This document shows positions 22,777-34,570 of a stretch of DNA of 64,000 nucleotides, piece after piece (the first letter of the stretch is position 1; the number at the start of each line of letters is the position of its first letter). The notes beneath the pieces are model-generated. The model worked only from the letters and a program-made list of their open reading frames with translations, made no database searches and was not told where the DNA came from. The DNA comes from Azolla caroliniana (lineage: Eukaryota; Plantae; Polypodiophyta): the NCBI GenBank assembly GCA_043228905.1, contig JBHGNT010000002.1:17856001-17920000 (forward strand), read 5' to 3'. Made by a program: the position numbers and the translations under genes.

Positions 22777-25700
22777 ACCGTAAGAGAATCATGCCTGTAT
22801 CAATCCAAGTTGTATTCGGTTTTTGGTGGCACATCCTCACTACTCAAATAGTTATTATAGTAACAACCATAATAATAGGATCACCTAGGAGTGTTGTAAT
22901 GAGTGTGATGTTGGTAACCATGGAGTGCAACTTGATTGGTGAGGGGAACCAAAGCGGGATAAGACACCATTGGACAAGTGTATCGAATCATGGCATAAGG
23001 ATCCCTAGGTTGGTGTAATTGTGGTTTAGTGGAGAACTTTAATGCAGGTCAATAAACTTTAACTACAAAGGTGGAGCGGGTTAGTTAGTCTTGACTTGGT
23101 CCATTATGTCCAATGTCCAACGCAACATGTTATATTGATGGTGGTTTGTTAAGTGCTAAATAGAGTGGCACATACAAAACTAGGAACATCATGGAGATTT
23201 GTTGGAAGAGTGGTCGACATTGCACAATTTTTTTGAACAATAGGTCATTGTTTGGTGGGATGGATTTTACCTAAGACAAGCGTATTGAAAGGGGATTCAA
23301 TGCTAACTATGGCTTAAGTTCAAGATATTTTCCATTGTGTCATAATGGATGTTGGGGTAAATTCCTTAAAGTACACATGAATGCAAACAAGTTCACAAAT
23401 TTCAATAAGCTCCCCTAGTTTTGTTGGGAGATGGCATAGTAGTTTTGCTTGAATGGATCAAGAAGATTGTTAGACTTTTGGGGGAAAGTTAGTATGCATT
23501 GTAATAGAGGCTATATGTCTCATGAATAGAAAACTTCTCATTTAACATGCAATGAAAGATTGGACAAAACATATCAAAGGTGGGATGCGATTGGTCAAAA
23601 GGTTTGGAAATGTTCAAAAACAACTTCTATGAAGTTTCTTCATGTCATAAATACAAACTCCATAATGTGCCCACTTCTTTATACTAGATCACTTCCCATT
23701 GAGTTCATGGCATGTGAAAGATTGTCGAGTACACATGTAAGGTTCATAAAAGGTTCAATTCCTAGAGTTGCATGCGAAACAAGAATAAAATTTCATATGA
23801 CATAGAAACACAGATGCATTTTGAATGGATGCAAGATATGAAGATATGGTTTGGAAGGTGATATGGATAAAACATTTCTTCAAAATACGTCAATAGACTA
23901 ATCCATGAATTAGGTTTTTTTACAATGTTAATGTATCATGATTAGAGAAAGATGGGAAGCTTATGTTTTACATTATATTATATTTCATATGTTGCACCAT
24001 ACTACAAAACCAACATATTCTCCATATGGGGAAACGACACTCATTAATACATGGTGAAGCCGATCTCTTTGTTCATCATTTGTATCATTGCTCCTATGCA
24101 CATCTCCCTCGTGTTGAAACATGCATTCAATTCTAATACTATATTCAAGTTTTGTTTCTTGAACATAGAGAGGCTTTACTCAAGTCTAATAATGTGACAT
24201 GAAAATGTTCAACTTTTGGTCTCATAGGTCAATACTTGACCTTTGAGAATGATAATATATCCATTTATGTCTCACTCATCGTATTGAGATTGTGCCAGAA
24301 CTATTTTATCAATTAGATGCCAAAGCAAAATATAGGGGATTAAACTTATGACATCTTTATGTCTACTAGACAATCTTACTAATTGACAATATGTCAATCG
24401 AGCGACACTTGTCCAAGAAATTAATCATGGGCATGGAAAAAATAATCGAGGATAAATGTAACTTCATGAAAACATTTCACATGAAATTCCTAGAATTGCA
24501 TGGGAAGCGAATATAAAAAGTTACGACACACAAAAGTAACATATTGAGTTCTTGATGGATGCAAAATATGAAGAAATGGTTTGAACAATGAGATGCATGA
24601 CAATTATTCTTCATAATATCTCAAAAGTTCCTCAAAGAATGTGTTTTTTTGCAAAATCAAAGTATCATGGCTTGAGAAAGATGAAGGGAATCATGTTTCC
24701 ACAATATATTACAATTTACACTTATTGCACCAAACTACAAAATCACCATCTTGTGTAAACTAAACGCAACTATAAGTGCTAGAACCCACCCCCTTGTGCA
24801 CAATGTGCCATATAACTTCTATATGACTTACCTACATGTTGGGACTTACCCCATGAAGAGCCTCATTTTTTGTTGTAACTTATAACAAAGGTATCCTGGA
24901 TAGACCTGTAAAAATAAAAGTGTATAAGATTCACTTAGGCAATACTTTAGAGTCTATTAGTAAAGGTTTATAAATATAGGCATGTGCATAATTTTGTGTT
25001 ACTGAAGAGAGAAATAGAGTCCATCATTCCATAGAAAGATAAAATATCCTCTATCTCTCGTGTGATTTCGGTAATCAATAAATAAATGCCTTAGAATTGA
25101 CAAACATATGGAATACTTTGCTAGGCATCTTTGGATTCATTATGAACGACTTGTAAATTATAATCTATTCATGTGACATGCCCAATCTTAATCAATTTAG
25201 TTTTTCAAACTTTTTGGTATAACTTATATAAGACCGTAAATGAATTTTGGTTGTATCATTAGACTTGAAAAAACTAGAGTATGTTTTCTGATGTCTTGAA
25301 GACATTGAATTATATAATGTTTTGTGATGTCATACATGCAATAAAATAACCCTTATTCATAATTTCTTCTTGTGTTGTTCTAATGATTTTCCGCACACCT
25401 CACCTATGATATGGTGATGTAATCTGATTGCTTATATGTATTTCTAAGCATATTATGATGTAGCAACAATGTTGGGTAAATTATTTGTTTAACAATGTTG
25501 CTAAACTAGTAGAATCCAATAAATATTTATCATCATGCAGGAATTTGGATCAAAACATACATATATACGTTCAAAGCTGCTTAGAAATTAATAGTGTAGC
25601 GAGTTTTGTCGCTTGTTAGAAATTAAGAAACTCTAAAACCTACAAATATTTTGGAAGTTTATTGTATATTGTAGTTATGCCTTGACATTTGGTACAATTA

Positions 25701-28700
25701 CATCAAATATGTGGAGCCAACTCGATCCACTATCTCATCTTGAATAGAAATGTTTACACAAAGCAAAGTCATGCATAGTAAATGCTTTTGTCAATGGAAA
25801 TGTATAATCTTGTTTGTGCATGACGTGTCATCTTTTTGCACGTTTCCTATTACCCCTAACATTGGTGTGTTGAAGTTTAGAATCCCGAGGTGCACCAATG
25901 TGGTACCATTGTGCACATTATATGGTCTATATCAACATATAGACATGCATGTGTGCCTAAACATCTTTAAAAATGCACATACATAAATGTAAAGGCATCT
26001 ATGTGCTACACCTTCCAATATAAACACCATTTCCTTATATTACAATTTACTGTACGACTGATTGGACTATTGCTCTAATAGATTAGCGTCTTCTTTTTAT
26101 CACGTGGCAACAAAGAAAGAAATTTTATGAAACACAAATATCAAGTCATTCGTTCACACATGCTCCAACAATGTTATGTTCAGCTCGACTACTTGAGGTG
26201 TACTCAAATGGTCTCTGTCATCCCACATGACCTTGTATTTTGAAGGAATAATCATGTAGTTTATTTGCAAATAAAGATAAGAGACTTTGATTTGATGACT
26301 AACCTTTAAACGTGAAGGGCAATTGATGTAGATTTATTAGGCTGTTTCTAAATTCCTTACTCTTCTAGGTTCTATGCCTAGTTTGTTTCCTAAGTTTTGT
26401 GGATAGGAGTCGGGACAATATCTCGAACAACCGATACATATAGACATGACACGTCTCTATTTCTCTTTATTTTCTCCCTTGTATCCAATGATTAGACTTA
26501 TCTACGCATAAAGTGGACAAGAAGATTCCGATCATGTTTATTGTGTGCTACATTACATTTGGGATGGGCCAAACACATTGTTTATATATAAACAAACATA
26601 AGGATGTGTCTGTGTGCATGTATTCGTGTATGTATGGTATATGAATATTTTTCTCGGCCTTTTCTCAACTAAGTCTCACTCTTATTGGTATGGCCCTACT
26701 TGTCTAACTCAAATGACACCTGTCCATTTGAAATTAGAATTTAATTTGCTTCCTACTCAAAGAACAACAAAGCTTAAATTTCTATTTATATGTGGTTTTC
26801 CCATTAGCCCACTTGAACCTAACGAAAGCCACCTATGCACTTGGCATTGATTATAAAAAAAATAAAGTGCAGTTTGAAAAGAAAGGGAAGTGGAGAAACA
26901 TCACTATCAACCTATGCATTCTCAAAGATACGTGTCACCTTTGCTCTTATGCCAATAATGTCCAAACTATACAACAAATTTGTACTAACTAATTTATCCC
27001 TTTTTGTCTTTCAAATGTGCAAAATAAAACAAACAAATCTACTTTTTCATTTACTTTCTCTCTATTAAAAGTAGTATATTTATTGAGACAAATATAAAAA
27101 CCCCGTTGTCCACCAGAATAATAGTCAGGATCTTGTGGCAAGGCTAACCCTCTAAGGTATTGTAAGACTACCTCATATAATGCCAACTCCTCTATGGACA
27201 ATATTTCAACACAACTATATTGTTGAAAGTTGAAACTTCCAAATCAATTTTCCTTTCAATCGATATACTCATACTCCATAGACACCATCAAACAAGAACC
27301 CTTTCTTCTTACCCCAATGGTACCATAGACCCTAATATCCAAGGTATTCAAATACTACCTCACTAGATGGGGAAGAGTAATGCTTTTGATTCCCAAGTGG
27401 AAACCCACTAAAAAGGCTACACACATTTTCTAGGTAATGATTGCAAGATTTGCAACATAACAACTTGAATGGCTTTAACAATCATGCATGTGAGGAATCT
27501 ATGCATAATCCTTCTCAATAACTAAACACAGAAGACACATCTCATCTAAAATGTATTGGAATTTTAAAGTCATCACCTAAGCCAAATCACCCAATATTTC
27601 CCACCAAACAAGTATTTTCTCATGGAATGTAACCATAAGGTATATGAAACGTGGTTAAAACAATATTGAAGATCATGATTTTCCTACATGACACAAAAAT
27701 AATATTTTTTACAACCATGAAACCAAGTTGCTCTATATAGAGTTATATTTTGACTTGAGACTTTCTTTTCCATCCCAATGGAAAAAACCTTGAAGAAGTG
27801 AATGTTGTTTTTCGTAGGGGAATTACTCCAGTGTTTACATTCTACCGTTGCCTCTTGACCAATCGAAATCTTTGTTACTACAAGAGCACTAAGTGTTGAG
27901 CCATAATAAAATTTGAGATTTCAAATGACTTAGCACTATTAATAACATGCTCACCATCAAGCTTCAAACTTCATTTTCCCAAGATAGATACCAACCTTTA
28001 AGTGTTTGAATATATGAGAAACTTTATGGTCTTCCAAATTGAGCAAGACTACTCCCTAAGCACTTTAGGGTGCATATGGCCATAAAACTCAACTCATATG
28101 TAGACTTTAGTGGATGAGTCAATTGATCAAGTGACTTGTTTGTCCATGATATTATAATAAAAATATGAAATCACAAGCATGTTAATTGGTTTCACCACTT
28201 TAGGTTGAAGTATATCAATGACTAGGCCCAAAACTTATAATATACAAATCTAACTAGGATTATAATCGATCTCCAAGTTAAACTTTGTGAGAATACGACA
28301 TCAATAAGAATAGGGTAACATATTCACTTTGTTACAATATTCAACCATGTCCTCCAAGATAAATCAAACAAATTTAAGTGCATTAGATCAACATAAACAT
28401 GTGCATATGAATGTGTAACCACTACACAAGGAAAATATGCTCCACACTTTGATGACTTTAACTATATTTTAAGTTAGACCTTTTAATAACATGAACGAAT
28501 CATTCGCCAACATTTGAGCTATTAGTTGTTGCCATAATGGGAGAATATCTTCAAAAATTCCCATACATTTTGCTTCATTGTGTATCGTACCTGTGTTTGT
28601 AGCAATAAGAAATAATAAGGAGCTCAACAAGATTCCTTGCCTATTGATCGTGTAAAAGATATGGCCTTGGAAACTTGACCATTTAACAAAAACATGCAAC

Positions 28701-29437
28701 ACTAACAATCTATCTAACGTCAATTAGAAAGTGATGCATATCATCCTTGTACTAAAACCCACATGATCGATTCTACACACGCCACATGAATATATTTTCT
28801 GTGCTCCTTGAAGGTTATATAATGCCTTCGAGGATGATTGTAGAAATCTATCAATTTATGTCAATGTTCTCTAATTTCTATTCTCACCTAACACGCATAC
28901 AACTTGTTTCCCCTCTCATGGTGCATTACCCATGTCCTTAAAACCTCTACATCCAAAGCATTTACACTCAAGGTCAATTATCCTTTCCTCTTTGTTTAGT
29001 TTTGCAATTTCAAACACGATGCATTTTATCCGAAGTTTTTAGGAGTAGAACTATATATAGAATAAGTAGAAAGGCAACTCAAAACTCTCGACTTGATAAA
29101 GTGGATGCTTTATTGTTTACAAGATGGCATCAATGCCTTTATAGAATTATTGATATGGTGAATAGTAAAAGATTGCACAAAAGGCACCTACCTACGTGTA
29201 CATCCTCCCTTGCTCTATGGTTATATAGATGATTTTGGAGGTGTAAAAATCCATAAAATAAAATTCTTTATTATCTCATTTTCTTTTTCCAAAGACTTGA
29301 GCTCGTGAAATCTTAAACTTGAAAAGCCATATTCTAAGGAAAAATATGAACATGCAATGTAGTATAAGATAAACAACGAAGAACTTGTTAAAACATGTGA
29401 ATTATGCCCCTGTAAATAATAAACCTATTTAAAATTG

Positions 29438-29750
29438 GGGGAAAGTACCAGGATACCCCTGGAAGTTTATCTATTTACCAGAATGCCCCTGGAAGTTCCA
29501 AATTTACCAAACTACCCCTATGTCCAAAAAATTACACTTTATAAAGTATTTATACAATCAAATCTACAACCCCTATTGACCAAAGATGGAAGAAATGGAC
29601 CCAAACTGGCCCTATTTACCAAAGATTTGAGTGTATAATTACTTTATAAAGTGTAATTTTTTGGACATAGGGGTAGTTTGGTAAATTTGGAACTTCTAGG
29701 GGCATTCTTGTAAATAGACGAACTTCCAGGGGTATCCTTGTACTTTTCCC
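29438..29750. mobile_element. Mutator-like MITE (foldback) with ~110-bp TIRs
   Basis: GGGGAAAGTACCAGGATACCCC... and ...GGGGTATCCTTGTACTTTTCCC. 9-bp flanks TTAAAATTG / TTAAAACTT match at 7 of 9. Confidence 0.88.
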
Positions 29751-30186
29751 TTAAAACTTTAACCAATCACCTTAGAATACTAATAAATTGTGGGGTTTAT
29801 TGTTCAACTTAATATAATTGGAATTTCGAGAAGTTATTCACTAATTATATCTCTAGTAGCAGATAAAGTATTGTTGCCTTGTACCTATACTTCCATGACA
29901 AACCACTTGATAAGTTATTCTTGAGAGGAGAATAGAAGAGACTTGAGCCTTAGTATATTCACAATGTCATTCCGACAATTACTTATTTCTCTACTCATTC
30001 TTGTAATTTGTCACTCTTATAAGAATAAATATGAGTAAGAAAGAGGGCAATGATCTTGTTTAACTACTCTTATGAATACTACAATGCATGTGGTTGCTTT
30101 ATAAATCATATCCGGATCGAGTCTTATTTTGTCATGCCAATGGCCTAATATCCTATCATAGAGGTGGTTAACCCACTACCATGTTA

Positions 30187-30780
30187 TTATCGATAAGCAA
30201 TAACTAATGACTTACCATCAACCTCAAGCAAAATAGATTGAGAACTTCCATGGAAACAAATATTTAGAGAATATTGAAAAAGCTGGTGAATGAGAGTTTG
30301 GACTACATATTTGAATTCCCCGCGGAATTGTTTCTTATCCATCTGACAATGTCCGTCGCCTAATCCCTGTACGTTCCAGGAGATTAGATGCATAGAAACA
30401 TGTCAAGCGTTTGTGATTCTGAGACAGTTTTAAGTGTGTCCCAGCCTCCCATCTCCTTTTGGCCTGCAACCATCCAGGCAGGTCTCATGGTTTTTTGTTT
30501 GTCTGAAAGTAACACATCTTTGTAAAAATGGAAAGTGCCTTTTTGGCAGTCCACCTCTTGGTTTAGGGATGCATAGATAAGCAACCAGTTTCCTTCCTCG
30601 CATCCTTCCCCACATATCACTATTTTCTTCCACATTTCCAGCCATTCCTCTGGATTCCAATTCGTGGATAGAAACCTAAGATAGGTAGCAGATCTCTTGC
30701 ATATTTGAAGAGAGCATCCATTCTTTAGTCCATACTTTCCTTGCCAACTGTTCTTACATAAGTTCTTACATGCATACAGT
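30187..30780 (-). mobile_element. L1-like LINE fragment: start of the APE endonuclease plus upstream sequence, inverted relative to the adjacent RT
   Basis: MHLISWNVQGLG is the canonical ORF2 endonuclease start. Confidence 0.6.
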
Positions 30781-31718
30781 CCAGGCTTACAGGGGCTGAT
30801 TAGAGTAGAATATGCAGACCCTTAGATAAAGCTGAGATAGCAGATGGATTGAGGAAAATCAGTCTTGCCGCATGTCCAGGGATCGATGGAATTCCACTGA
30901 TTTTCTTTGACATGTTCTGGGATGCAATCTCTGATACGACTGTGAAAGGCTTCTAGGAAATGTGGAGCACCGAACACATGCCAGAGTCTTTTTTTGCAGA
31001 GGGGATGATCTACTTGGTCCCCAAAGGAAAAGGAGAAATGGAAACAATTCAAAATTGGAGGCCTTTTACTATTCTCAACCCGATTTATAAGATCTATGCT
31101 AACGTCTTGGCACAGAGAATCAAAAGCTTCATGCCCGATCTTATCCAGATCAACCAAACAAGCTTTATGTCAAAATTATAGATCAATCATCGATAATGTC
31201 TTAACATTCTGGGAAGCATTGGCAGTTGCACGGCCTACTAATCAGAACATCGTTTGCTTAATGTTGGACTTTGAAAAGGCGTCTTGCTGTCTGTCCGGAA
31301 GAAAAGGCACAAGGTTTCACCTCACATGATCAGTGTAGGAGGCCCCCTTCCTTTTCCTCTTTATCTCTGAACTACTTGAATAGGTCTACAACTCCTCCAA
31401 AAGGACTCTCGATCCCCAATTGCAAACAGGATCTGATTGATTTGGAGTTTGCAGATGATACCATGCTTTTCTTGCATGGCTCCATCTCTAACCTTAGCAA
31501 AGCAAAGGAAATGGTAGAAACCTTTTGTAGGGCCTCAAGCGCAAAAGTCAGGGGCTTCAAGGTAACCTCACATGGATGCCTCGTCAACCTTTGGAACCCC
31601 ACTGAGGCGTCAAATGGATTCCGAGGAGCTCAATGGTCAAATACCTTGGTTTCTCAATCAGAATCAACCTCGATAAAAGTGTGCAACTAGATCATGTTGT
31701 CGCGATGATTCGCGTGAG
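30781..31718 (+). mobile_element. L1-like LINE RT fragment, degenerate
   Basis: PGIDG, LVPK..NWRPFTILN.IYKIYA, RSIIDNV, LDFEK, FADD motifs spread across frames. Confidence 0.85.
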
Positions 31719-32419
31719 TGTTGTCCGAGCGGGACCACAACGGTCTTGGACTAGGAAGTGCGGAAACAAAAACATCACCTTGCTAAGAAGATCACCGAGT
31801 TAGCAAGTGAAGGCAAGATCAAGGAGACAAGATTGAGAGTGAGAGAGATAGAGAATGGCACACAATATGTAAATGTATTATTATTCAAAAAATTAGAGTT
31901 ACAACAAATGGAGGCAACAACCTTATGAACTAGGTTACAAAGCCCCTTATATACTAACTGGGCTAGGGCAACTTTCCTTTGACATATTTATAGAATTGTC
32001 CTAAACCTAATCTTTCCAATGGACAATGTGAATATGACCATTAGACACCCGCATTCGACGCTCCCCCGTAATGGGCGTATACATTAATGAGAGACCTATA
32101 ATATAAAATAGAAAATACAAGTTATACAAAGAGATGCTAGAGTAGATCGGAAGGCCGAGTGCTCGAAGCTCTATCTGTTGTCTAACTCGATCGGACTGAA
32201 TACTCCTTAGGCCCATCTGGTGTTGAAGTGACCGGAACCGATCAACTATGAGACACTTGGTCATCCCGTCTAATATGTTGTTGGTTGTGGAGATCTTCTC
32301 GAGGTTGAGATTCCCTGAAGTTACACAGTCTCGAACGAAATGATACCGAACGTGGATATGTTTGGAGGCGTTGTGATGAACCAGATTCTTTGACAGAGCA
32401 ACAACACCTAGACTGTCAT

Positions 32420-32958
32420 TGTAGACAATTGGGGCCGAATTGGGGTCGGCTTGTAGAAACGTACACGCCAGCCGACTGAGCCATAAAGCCTCTTGGTGGG
32501 AAACAGGTCCCTCTGGATGGGATCCGGATGAGCCGGATCGGACGAGCCGAAGGAAGGAACCGAACCGGATGGGTCCGGAAGGTATCCGAATACCGGATTA
32601 GATGGATTTGGAAGGAGTCCAATCGGATCCTGTATGAACCAGCAAATAGGAACATATTAGTAAATATGTTCAGACGTGACCGTTGAGGTCATATTTGTAA
32701 ATAACCCCAAAGTTATATAAGTATAAATATAACTAGGGCAATACTGTTTTGCATGTAGATCATCATTATGGTTATTCTTGTTGTAGAGAGAGAGAGAGCG
32801 AGAGAGAAACATAAAGTACTCTCTGTTGTAACCGCTGGTTGGCGAAGACATAGAGCTTGAGGTCGTTGCCTCTAAGTCTCTCATTGTACCCTTCCTCTCA
32901 TAGTGATAGTTGGGGTTTGTGGGCTCACGTGGTTTTTTTCGGTTAGGGTTTTCCATGT
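32420..32958 (+). mobile_element. Truncated Copia LTR related to the LTRs of element D and family B
   Basis: Shares GGTCCCTC.GGAT, CATATT.GTAAATATG, TATAAAT..ACTAGGGC and GTGGTTTTT..GGTTTTCCA blocks; cut by the next solo LTR. Confidence 0.75.
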
Positions 32959-33759
32959 TGTCGTAGTGTAATTTGTACACTACGTAAAAAACGTATAAAA
33001 TAACCGATTGAATAAATATGAAGGAAATATTAAAACATATGTTAACATACATAGGACAAGATTTGAACCTTGTACATCCATGTTAATAACTTGAAGCATT
33101 ACCATTACACTAATACATGATGAGTGTTAAAAAAGTAGATATCCCACATACAAAGGTTATTTCACCTATATTTTATAAGAAAAGCTACTTTTATACGTGT
33201 AAAGTGCCTAAAACTTTATTTAAAAGAAATCACATGATTGAAAAAGTTATTCATGCACATCTCACGTGCATGGACACTATTATTAGAAGAAAAAGCATAA
33301 AGTCTATAGTTAGAAAAAAGCATAGATTGTTATGTGCTAAGCCTCTCCCATCACTTTATAAGAATGGGAAGCACAATGTAATAAAAGGGGGGGGGGGGGG
33401 ATATGGGTTGATTATTTGGGTCTAAATATTGATTAATATAATACTCGTGGGATTCACGAGGTTTTTGATAGACTCTCTTTTCCAATATATTCCTATCGAT
33501 TCCAATCTATTCGAAAGTATAATTAGGGTTAAATATTAATAAAGCTAAAAAACTATATTCTTGGGATTCATGAATTTCTATCTCTTTCTTATAATCTATT
33601 CATATTCATAACTAAATTCGACTCAAATTCTTCCATACTGATAGTGCTCGTAGAATTGGTGATCCGAGAAGGAGAGTTTGGGGATGTATCCGGATATGGA
33701 TAAATGCGTTATGCTGGCCTTGCTGAGGTGTCCGAGTCGTCCATGCCATAGTTATGACA
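32959..33759 (+). mobile_element. Solo LTR (801 bp) of an unrelated family
   Basis: TGTCGTAGT...GTTATGACA termini, TSD CATGT / CATGA. Contains an antisense tRNA-like box pair and a G14 run. Strand inferred. Confidence 0.7.
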
Positions 33760-33765
33760 CATGAT

Positions 33766-34570
33766 TGTTGGGAGACAGGTCCCTCCGGATTGGAAGGGAG
33801 AAGAACAGTGCCGATGAACAAACTCGGCTGAGGCCGAAACCGGATGAGGAGTACCCGGCTACGGAGAGCCGGAGGGTGCAGACCAGGTGAGAACCGGATG
33901 AGGAGTACCCGGCTACGGAGAGCTGGATGGTGCAGACCCGGTGAGAACCAGATGAGGAGTATCCGGCTACGGAGAGCTGGATGGTGCACACCTGGTGAGA
34001 ACCGGATGAGGAGTACCCGGCTACGGAGAGCCGGATGGTGCAGACCCGGTGAGAACCGGATGAGGAGTATCCGGCTACGGAGAGCCGGATGGTGCAGACC
34101 CGGTGAGAACCGGATGAGGAGGCATATTCGTAAATATGTTTTTGTGAGTCCATAGAGGCTATATTTGTAAATAGCCGAAAAGTCATATTAGTATAAATAT
34201 GACTTAGGGCAAACTTTTAGTAGTTCTTTTCATTCTTGTTGGTGCAAGGAGAGAGACAGCGTGTAACTGTGTACACAGAGAGAGAGAGAGAAAGAGGTCG
34301 TTGCCTCTGTTGTAACCGCCGCCTGTGGCGAGGATCGTGAGCACGAGGTCGTTGACTCCGTGAACTCACTGTTGTACATTCTAACATAGTGATAGTTTGC
34401 AGCCTGTGGGCTGCCGTGGTTTTTCCCTTAGTTTGGGTTTTCCACGTAAACATCCTGCGTACTCGTCTTCTCCTCTTTGTGTCGTGCGTTTCATTTCCCG
34501 TTTTCTGTGTATGATTCTAAGCTCGGTTGTGGCCGAGCATTGCGCATAAGGAACGTTGTAGTTCCCGTCA
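33766..34570 (+). mobile_element. Solo LTR, family B copy 1, with ~5 x 54-bp tandem repeats
   Basis: TGTTGGGAGAC...CCCGTCA, closely similar to 43083-43903. TSD imperfect. Confidence 0.9.

Noticed and set aside
22800-23700. Gypsy gag remnant on the minus strand
   Set aside because: Suggestive composition only; no motif could be read with confidence.
26800-26990. Helitron/Pif1 helicase motifs (HKSKG, VAF.R)
   Set aside because: The motifs fall in different frames with poor context, and no Rep domain or Helitron termini were found.
33612-34186. 18-aa repeat proteins (also at 43060-43524)
   Set aside because: Artefacts of the 54-bp LTR tandem repeat being open in several frames.
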